This document shows positions 7,977 through 13,583 of a stretch of 13,583 nt of DNA, piece by piece. The stretch comes from Candidatus Methylomirabilales bacterium. Its GTDB lineage: Bacteria; Methylomirabilota; Methylomirabilia; Methylomirabilales; CSP1-5. Position 1 is the stretch's first letter. Each line of letters begins with the position of its first letter. The translations under genes and the position numbers were made by a program. A model generated the notes under the pieces. The model was given only the letters and a program-made list of their open reading frames with translations, was not told the origin of the DNA and searched no databases. The stretch lies in NCBI GenBank assembly GCA_046758505.1, contig JBHIAH010000071.1, forward strand, positions 1 to 13,583, in the 5' to 3' direction.

Positions 7977-8603
7977 TCAGTGGGCGAATTTCTTGAAACG
8001 CTCGTTGATGCGGCCCCAGTGCAGATTGCCGAGGAAATTGTCGATGTACTTGGCGCGCCCGGGGCCATCCTTATGGTAGTACGCATGTTCGAAGACATCG
8101 CAGGCGATGAGCGGGACGCCGCCCCAGATGGCTCCATACTGATGCTCGTCGACCAACACGTTCAACAGACGGCGAGACCAGAGACCGTCATAGACCAGCA
8201 GGGCCCATCCGCTCAGCTTGGCCGAAATGCCGGCTGCCTTGAAGTCGGCCTTCCAGGCGTCGACGGAGCCGAATTCCTTTTCGATGGCCTGCAGGACATC
8301 GGGGGCTTTCTTGGGGTCCCCATCTCCCCCCATGACTTCCCAGTAGACGTCGTGAAGGAGGGCGCCAGCGTGATTCCAGGTGAATCGTCGCTTGAGCTCT
8401 CCAATGAGGCTGTAGTTGCCATTGGCGGCGGCCCGGTCGGCCGCCTCGAGCCCCTTTTCGATATTGTTCAGCGCCGTCACGTACCCCTTATGGTGGGTAT
8501 TGTAATGCCAATCGGTCGTTTCGGGGCTGATGACGCTGGTGAGTAGCTTCTTTGCGTCCGCATCGCTGTATGGGCGCGGGGTGAACTGCCACTCGTAGGC
8601 CAT
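7977..8603 (-). CDS. sod: Fe/Mn superoxide dismutase, 208 aa
   Basis: Metal ligands H33 (WHYNTHHKGY), H84 (NHAGALLHDVYW) and D169/H173 (DVFEHAYY); also FGS and SGWA. Strong SD GAGGAGG. Confidence 0.95.
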   Translation of the reverse strand: MAYEWQFTPRPYSDADAKKLLTSVISPETTDWHYNTHHKGYVTALNNIEKGLEAADRAAANGNYSLIGELKRRFTWNHAGALLHDVYWEVMGGDGDPKKAPDVLQAIEKEFGSVDAWKADFKAAGISAKLSGWALLVYDGLWSRRLLNVLVDEHQYGAIWGGVPLIACDVFEHAYYHKDGPGRAKYIDNFLGNLHWGRINERFKKFAH

Positions 8604-8739
8604 TGCTTTCCTCCTCTCCCTGCGAGTTACCGGTATGCCATGGGGGACATCCTGCCCGCTCGAGAAGGGGACAGGACGTCCTCACGTGGCGGTCAAATGG
8701 GAAGAGATCAACGCGGCGTGCCGATGAGCATCGCGTAGT

Positions 8740-8768
8740 AGTCTATTGCGGCGCATGGGGAAGGTCAA
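8740..8768 (-). promoter_or_regulatory. Putative sigma70 promoter for sod
   Basis: Minus strand TTGACC (8768-8763), 17-nt spacer, TAGACT (8745-8740). Confidence 0.65.
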
Positions 8769-8864
8769 GGGGAAACCGGCAGGGGGGCTCGGGATCGTGG
8801 CCGACGGGGGCATGGGATGCGGTGAGGATCTACCCGTGCTCGCCCTTGCGGGGAGGGAGGCGTT

Positions 8865-9866
8865 GTGCGAACGGCGATCTTGGGGGCCGGAGGGCTCGGA
8901 AGCGTCATCGGTGGGTTCCTCGCAGGCGCGGGGGTCGATGTCACGCTCGTCGGTCGATCGGCACACATCGAGGCGATCAGGACGCAGGGGCTCAGGATCG
9001 ACGGACGTGAGGGAACGCGGATGGTGCGGGACCTTCAGGTGACCACGGAACCCGGTTCGGTCGGCCCGATCGATCTCCTTATCGTGTGCGTCAAGACCTA
9101 CGATACTGCTCGAGCCCTCGAGGGGGTGACGGCCCTCAGGGGGACCGTTCGGGCGGTCCTCTCTCTCCAGAACGGGATGCGCAAGGACGAGATCCTGGCG
9201 GACGTCTTTGGGAGCGAGGCGGTGGTCGGCGCGACCACGATGGAGGGAGCCACGCTGAAGGGCCCGGGGTGCGCCGCCCACACCGCGCCGGGTGTGACCT
9301 ACGTCGGCGAGTACACGGGGGAGCCCTCGGCGCGAGTCCGGGCGCTCGTCGGGATGTTCCAGGCTGCGGGGCTCCGGATCGAGGCCCCCCCTGACATCCG
9401 CGCCGCAAGCTGGGGAAAGTTCGTCCAGGTCGTGGCGGGCTCGACGGTGGCGGTTGTGACGCGCCTCCCGTATTATCAAATGTACGGAACCCCGCGGCTG
9501 GCCACCCTGTTTGTGGAGATCGCCCGCGAGACCGGGGCCGTGGCCGAGCAGAAGGGGATCACCCTCGTCGACCTGCCGGCCCTGGAGGCGCGTACGCTCG
9601 CCAAGGCTCCGTTGGAGGAGGCGCTGGGCCTTGTCCAAAAACGGGGTAGAATCTTGCGCGAGCGGGGGATGACCCATCTCCAGGCGTCCGCCCTGACCGA
9701 CATCGAGCGGGGGCATCAGACCGAGATCGACGACCTGATCGGGTACGTGGTACGGGAGGGGCAGCGCCTCGGCGCCCGCACGCGGCTGTGTGCAACCCTC
9801 TATCCGGTCGTGAAGGGGATCGAAGAGGCGGCCGTATCATCTGTGCACCGTCGAGCGGAGGGGTAA
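8865..9866 (+). CDS. Ketopantoate reductase (PanE/ApbA)-family oxidoreductase, 333 aa
   Basis: Rossmann motif ILGAGGLG, VCVKTYD, LSLQNG, WGK (catalytic Lys) and TEID (catalytic Glu). GTG start after GGAGG. Substrate-site residues are divergent, so the panE symbol is withheld. Confidence 0.85.
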   Translation: MRTAILGAGGLGSVIGGFLAGAGVDVTLVGRSAHIEAIRTQGLRIDGREGTRMVRDLQVTTEPGSVGPIDLLIVCVKTYDTARALEGVTALRGTVRAVLSLQNGMRKDEILADVFGSEAVVGATTMEGATLKGPGCAAHTAPGVTYVGEYTGEPSARVRALVGMFQAAGLRIEAPPDIRAASWGKFVQVVAGSTVAVVTRLPYYQMYGTPRLATLFVEIARETGAVAEQKGITLVDLPALEARTLAKAPLEEALGLVQKRGRILRERGMTHLQASALTDIERGHQTEIDDLIGYVVREGQRLGARTRLCATLYPVVKGIEEAAVSSVHRRAEG

Positions 9867-10441
9867 TGGCATTCACGAGAGAAGCAGCATGGGACATCCT
9901 GGTCGAGCATACGAAGAACGAGAACTTGCGGAAGCATGCCCTGGCCGTCGAAGGGGCGATGCGGGCCTATGCGAGGAAATTTGGCGACGATGAAGAGCGG
10001 TGGGGGATCGTCGGACTGCTCCACGACTTTGACTACGAACGCTATCCCGACCTCACGGACCATCCCTTCCGGGGGGCCGAGATCTTGCGGGAGCGGGGGT
10101 GGCCCGAGGAGATCATCCGCGCCATCCTCTCCCACGGCGACCATACGGGTGTTGCCCGGGAAAGCAACCTGGAGAAGGCCCTCTTCGCCTGTGATGAGCT
10201 CACGGGCTTGATCACGGCAGCCGCCCTGATCCGGCCCGACAAGAGCCTGCTGAATCTCGAGGTGGCCTCCATCAAGAAACGGATGCAGGAAAAGTCTTTT
10301 GCCCGCACCGTGCGGCGGGAGGACATCCATCGTGGGGCCGCGGAGCTCGGCGTCGAGCTCGACGGGCACATTCCGCTGGTCCTCGACGCCATGCAGGGTA
10401 TCGCCGCGCAGCTCGGCCTCGCCGGCAACCCGCACCATTGA
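9866..10441 (+). CDS. HD-superfamily (HDIG-type) predicted metal-dependent phosphohydrolase, 191 aa
   Basis: KHALAVE, GLLHDFD, HP, ILSH and ACDELTG. TAATG stop/start overlap with the upstream gene and a GGAGG SD indicate translational coupling. Confidence 0.9.
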   Translation: MAFTREAAWDILVEHTKNENLRKHALAVEGAMRAYARKFGDDEERWGIVGLLHDFDYERYPDLTDHPFRGAEILRERGWPEEIIRAILSHGDHTGVARESNLEKALFACDELTGLITAAALIRPDKSLLNLEVASIKKRMQEKSFARTVRREDIHRGAAELGVELDGHIPLVLDAMQGIAAQLGLAGNPHH

Positions 10442-10709
10442 CCCGGGGCGGTCTGTTCGCATCCCCTCCACTCCAGGGGAAGTTTCCGGCGCAGATTCCC
10501 AGCCCGGGATTGAAGCCGCAGTCATCCCGTCGTCCATAACCCTTCCCTCGCATGAGATCCGTTGAAACATTTTTGTTGACAGCGGCGTAGGTATACGTTA
10601 CCTCCTCTTCTAAGAAATCGTCTTGCGGAGGGGAGGGGTCCGGTGGACCCGGGATAGCTCAGAAGGGGCTGCGAGCCCTGAGGTATAAGGGAAGAGGTGA
10701 GCGCACACG

Positions 10710-10752
10710 AAGGCCCTCCCGGGTACGGTATGCTCGAGAGGGCCTTTTGTTT
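10710..10752 (+). terminator. Intrinsic terminator within the long spacer
   Basis: AAGGCCCTC (10710-10718) pairs with GAGGGCCTT (10738-10746). The inner stem CGGGTA/TGCTCG has two G-U pairs. The T-rich tail is TTTTGTTT. Confidence 0.8.
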
Positions 10753-11010
10753 CCTGACCGACCATTGCTGTACTGAAGCCCGAAGGTAATGACACGAGCC
10801 ATCGAGCCGTGGGGATGCCTGATCGGTCCCAGGATCAGAGCAGGGGGGAATAACATGCACTGTACCTGCCGAAAATCGTTGCAAAAACTATTCCGAGCCA
10901 AACGGTTGTCGCACAACGTCTGGTGGTGCTCCTGCCCGTCAGACTGTGAAAGCGGTCGGGTCACCGTTGCCTGCGTGAATTGCTCGTAGGTGCAATCAAG
11001 AGAGGGAATC

Positions 11011-11940
11011 GTGGGTAAGCTGGATGATAAGGCATGGAGTGTCCTGCTCGATCGGATCCAGGAGGGGAAATGCACCCCGTTCCTTGGCGCTGGCGTCAAC
11101 GATGGGATCCTTCCCCTTGGCAGAGACATTGCGGAGGAGTGGGCGAAAAAATATAGCTACCCTTTGGGTGATCGTTCCGACCTCGTTCGGGTTGCTCAGT
11201 TTCTGGCGGTGACCGACCCGCTGTTTCCGAAGACGCAGATTCTGAAGCTCCTCAAGGGCCGGCTCGAGAAGTGGCTCACCCAGGTCGATCTTGAGGAGTT
11301 TCTGAAATCGCCTGAGCAGCCGCTGGCCCTCTTGGCCGACCTCCCGCTTCCCGTGTACATCACGACCAATTACGATGACCTCCTCGTGCGGGTCCTGAGA
11401 AACCGGCACAAAGATCCAGAGCGGGAATTGTGTTGCTGGAATAAGTACGTCCGAGACAAGCTCGAGGAACAGGGGAGACGTTCCGTTTTCGAGTCTGAAA
11501 GTGGCTTTGAGCCGACCCCGGAAAAGCCCCTCGTCTTCCACCTGCATGGGCATGATGAGGTGCCGGAGTCCGTGGTGATTGCCGAGGATGACTATCTGGA
11601 GTTCCTGGTCAACATTTCGAGGAATGAGACGCTCGTTCCCCCACGGATCCAGCAAGCAATGGCGAACACCTCCCTGCTATTCGTTGGATATGGATTAGCC
11701 GACTGGAATTTCCGTGTTCTCTGGAAGCTCCTGAAATCCGTTGACAGACAAGGGCAGCTCATCAACGTGGCTGTCCAGTTGCGTCCGGGCGATCCCGAAC
11801 TGAACCAACAGGAGGCGGAAGAGTACCTGGCCAAATACTTTGATAGCATGAAGGTCCAGGTGTATTGGGGAAAGGCCAGAAATTTCGCGGCGGAGTTGCG
11901 AGATCGCTGGGAGCATTTCAAGAGTGAGGGAGGAAGTTAG
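11011..11940 (+). CDS. Stand-alone SIR2-like domain protein (SIR2_2 type; putative NAD+-consuming effector), 309 aa
   Basis: CTPFLGAG, YITTNYD (11356-11376), FHLHG (His at 11545), EDDYLEFL and SLLFVGYGLADWNFR. GTG 11011 follows AGAGGGA; GTG 10990 is the alternative start. Confidence 0.9.
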   Translation: MGKLDDKAWSVLLDRIQEGKCTPFLGAGVNDGILPLGRDIAEEWAKKYSYPLGDRSDLVRVAQFLAVTDPLFPKTQILKLLKGRLEKWLTQVDLEEFLKSPEQPLALLADLPLPVYITTNYDDLLVRVLRNRHKDPERELCCWNKYVRDKLEEQGRRSVFESESGFEPTPEKPLVFHLHGHDEVPESVVIAEDDYLEFLVNISRNETLVPPRIQQAMANTSLLFVGYGLADWNFRVLWKLLKSVDRQGQLINVAVQLRPGDPELNQQEAEEYLAKYFDSMKVQVYWGKARNFAAELRDRWEHFKSEGGS

Positions 11941-13583
11941 TAGCCTCAATCCCTACCCCGGGCCGCGTCCGTTCAAGAGAGAAGAGGAAAAACTCTTCTT
12001 CGGACGCGACCGCCAGGTGCGGGAACTCCGGTCGCTTATTATCGCCCACCGGGTGGTTCTCCTCTATGCCCAGTCAGGAGCGGGGAAGACGTCACTTTTG
12101 AATGCCGGCCTCGTCCCGTTGCTGATGCACGAGGGGTTTGAAGTCCTGGCGGTGACCCGCGTGCGAGGACTTATCCCGCAAGATGAAGACCTCAGAGACA
12201 TCCCGAACGTTTACGTCTTCAACACGCTGATAGGCTGGGCAGAAGAGCGAGCGGATCCCGGATCGCTGCGCTCTGTGTCTCTTGCCAGCGTCTTGAGAGA
12301 GCGCAGGCCCGCCATGGGCGCGCACGGAGTGCCGTCGCCGAGGCTGGCGATCTTCGACCAGTTCGAGGAACTGTTCACTTTCTACCCGGAGCATTGGGAG
12401 AAGAGACGAGGCTTTTTCCAGCAGGTGGCGGAGGCCTTGGAGGCGGACCCTCTCTTGCGGGTGCTGTTCGTTATCCGGGAGGACTTTTTGGCAAATCTGG
12501 ATCCCTATGTTGACCTTCTCCCCGAACGGCTGCGCACGCGGTATCGGTTGGAGCGTCTGCGTGGCGACGCGGCACGGCTCGCCGTGGAAGGGCCGTTGCG
12601 AGGCACGGGCCGCTCGTTCGCGGACGGCGTGGCGTTGAGCCTGGTGCAGGAACTCCTCGAGGTCCGTGTCGAGACGAGCACGGGCGAGATGGTCGAGGTG
12701 CCCGGGGAGTTCGTCGAACCGGTGCAACTTCAGGTTGTCTGCCAGAACCTGTGGAACGGTTTGCCGGCGGAAGTCAGGGACATCACGTCCGACCATCTTC
12801 AGGTATTCGGCGATGTCGATGAGGCGTTGAAAAGTTTCTATGAACGGGCTGTGGGGACGGCGGTCGGGGAGACCGGCGTCAAAGAAGAGAGCCTGCGACT
12901 CTGGTTCGATAATAAACTCATTACCTCGGCTGGGACGCGTGGAACGGTCTTTCGCGGACGGGAACAGACCGAGGGAGTCCCCAATACAGTGGTGGACGTG
13001 TTGGAGGGCACCCACCTGATCCGCGCCGAGTTGCGCGCCGGATCACGCTGGTATGAGCTGACCCACGACCGATTCATCGGGCCCATTCAGAAGTCTAACG
13101 AGATTTGGCGACAACATGTTGGGGCGGCCGAGGCGCGACAGCGGATGTGGCAGTTCTTGCAGAAGTACGTGGTGCCCCCGGTGGCGCTCATCTTCCTCGT
13201 TCTGGCAGGTCTTACATATCAGGCATACACACGCGCCAAACGCGAAACCCGCGTGGCTAGCTCGCGCGCATTAGCTGCAGATGCCGTTGCTGGCCTTCGT
13301 GAAGATCCTAAGCACAGCATCTTGTTGGGCTTGCAGGCATTGTCAGTAACGTATACGCGTGAGGCGGAAGATGCCCTTCACCGAGCTGTGCAGGCCTTCC
13401 GAGTAACGTTGACGCTCCGCGGTCATAGTCGTGAGGTTAATGGGGTCGCTTTCAGCTGGGACGGGACCCGCCTCGCCACCGCCAGCTCCGATAAGACCGC
13501 AAAAGTGTGGGACGCCAATTCTGGCAAACAGCTTCTCACGCTGTCCGGCCACACCGGCGCGGTCAGGGCCGTCGCCTTCAGCC
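11924..13583 (+). CDS. nSTAND1-type P-loop NTPase + transmembrane helix + WD40 repeats (3'-truncated; not in ORF track)
   Basis: Hand translation shows no stop from 11924 to the window end (553 codons). Motifs: NPYPGPRPF..FFGR, Walker A AQSGAGKTS (12068-12094), Walker B LAIFDQFEELF, VIREDF, PVQLQVVC..LW, YELTHD, TM YVVPPVALIFLVLAGLTY (from 13166), SRALAA linker, then WD40 units. The start (GTG 11924) is uncertain. Confidence 0.92.
   Translation, partial: MREEVSSLNPYPGPRPFKREEEKLFFGRDRQVRELRSLIIAHRVVLLYAQSGAGKTSLLNAGLVPLLMHEGFEVLAVTRVRGLIPQDEDLRDIPNVYVFNTLIGWAEERADPGSLRSVSLASVLRERRPAMGAHGVPSPRLAIFDQFEELFTFYPEHWEKRRGFFQQVAEALEADPLLRVLFVIREDFLANLDPYVDLLPERLRTRYRLERLRGDAARLAVEGPLRGTGRSFADGVALSLVQELLEVRVETSTGEMVEVPGEFVEPVQLQVVCQNLWNGLPAEVRDITSDHLQVFGDVDEALKSFYERAVGTAVGETGVKEESLRLWFDNKLITSAGTRGTVFRGREQTEGVPNTVVDVLEGTHLIRAELRAGSRWYELTHDRFIGPIQKSNEIWRQHVGAAEARQRMWQFLQKYVVPPVALIFLVLAGLTYQAYTRAKRETRVASSRALAADAVAGLREDPKHSILLGLQALSVTYTREAEDALHRAVQAFRVTLTLRGHSREVNGVAFSWDGTRLATASSDKTAKVWDANSGKQLLTLSGHTGAVRAVAFS
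13412..13583 (+). repeat. WD40 repeats (42-aa period), one complete and one partial
   Basis: TLRGHSREVNGVAFSWDGTRLATASSDKTAKVWD then TLSGHTGAVRAVAFS. The GH dipeptides at 13421 and 13547 are 126 nt apart. Confidence 0.93.

Noticed and set aside
99..10570. Long antisense or alternative-frame ORFs (e.g. 99-869, 569-1345, 1420-2220, 2866-4317, 4311-5342, 5642-6373, 7920-8546, 8682-9716, 9800-10570)
   Set aside because: They overlap well-supported genes, have no recognisable motifs, and are the expected shadow ORFs of GC-rich coding DNA.
10648..10723. tRNA-like start CCCGGGA-TA-GCTC-AG...GAGC with a 7-bp acceptor-like pairing spanning 76 nt
   Set aside because: No anticodon stem and no T-arm (GGTTCGA.TCC). 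The acceptor pairing arises from the palindrome CCCGGG occurring twice. A decayed tRNA cannot be fully excluded; tRNAscan-SE or ARAGORN would decide.
10686..10870. Cobalamin-riboswitch-like words in roughly the right order (AAGGGAA..GGTG, CCC, ACGGTA, CCATTG, GAAGG, AGCCA, ACCTGCC)
   Set aside because: The GGUGnnAnUCC T-loop and a contiguous B12 box are missing, a strong terminator lies inside the would-be aptamer, and no B12-related gene follows. An Rfam cmscan would settle it.
11011..11940. Assignment to Thoeris, DSR, SIR2-HerA or SIR2-pAgo, or to a CobB-type deacetylase
   Set aside because: No SLOG/Macro/TIR, long DSR C-terminus, HerA or Argonaute partner is in view. It lacks the Zn-ribbon cysteines and the GIPxFR/QNID motifs of classical sirtuins.
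10996..13552. Minus-strand ORFs 10996-11655, 12092-13015 and 13343-13552
   Set aside because: Antisense shadows of the SIR2 and STAND-WD40 genes, which carry clear family motifs on the + strand.

Overview
GC-rich bacterial chromosomal window with two parts. Part 1 (about 100-10441) is housekeeping: pdxJ-acpS-nnr (+), an oppositely oriented MFS transporter and D-Ala-D-Ala carboxypeptidase (-), tsaE (+), a two-PDZ HtrA/DegQ protease (+), an Fe/Mn superoxide dismutase (-), a PanE-like reductase and an HD hydrolase (+). Intergenic GCnRTCR heptamer arrays flank acpS and recur before tsaE. Part 2 begins after a highly structured spacer of about 570 nt (TTGACA, several hairpins, a strong intrinsic terminator, a possible Cys-rich micro-ORF). 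It is a lower-GC accessory module: a stand-alone SIR2-like (SIR2_2-type) protein overlapping a gene absent from the ORF track, which I translated by hand as an nSTAND1-type P-loop NTPase + single transmembrane helix + WD40 repeats running off the window end. This split effector / membrane-spanning NLR-like receptor pair is the best candidate for an undescribed conflict or defence system. No rRNA, intact tRNA, CRISPR array or transposase was seen.
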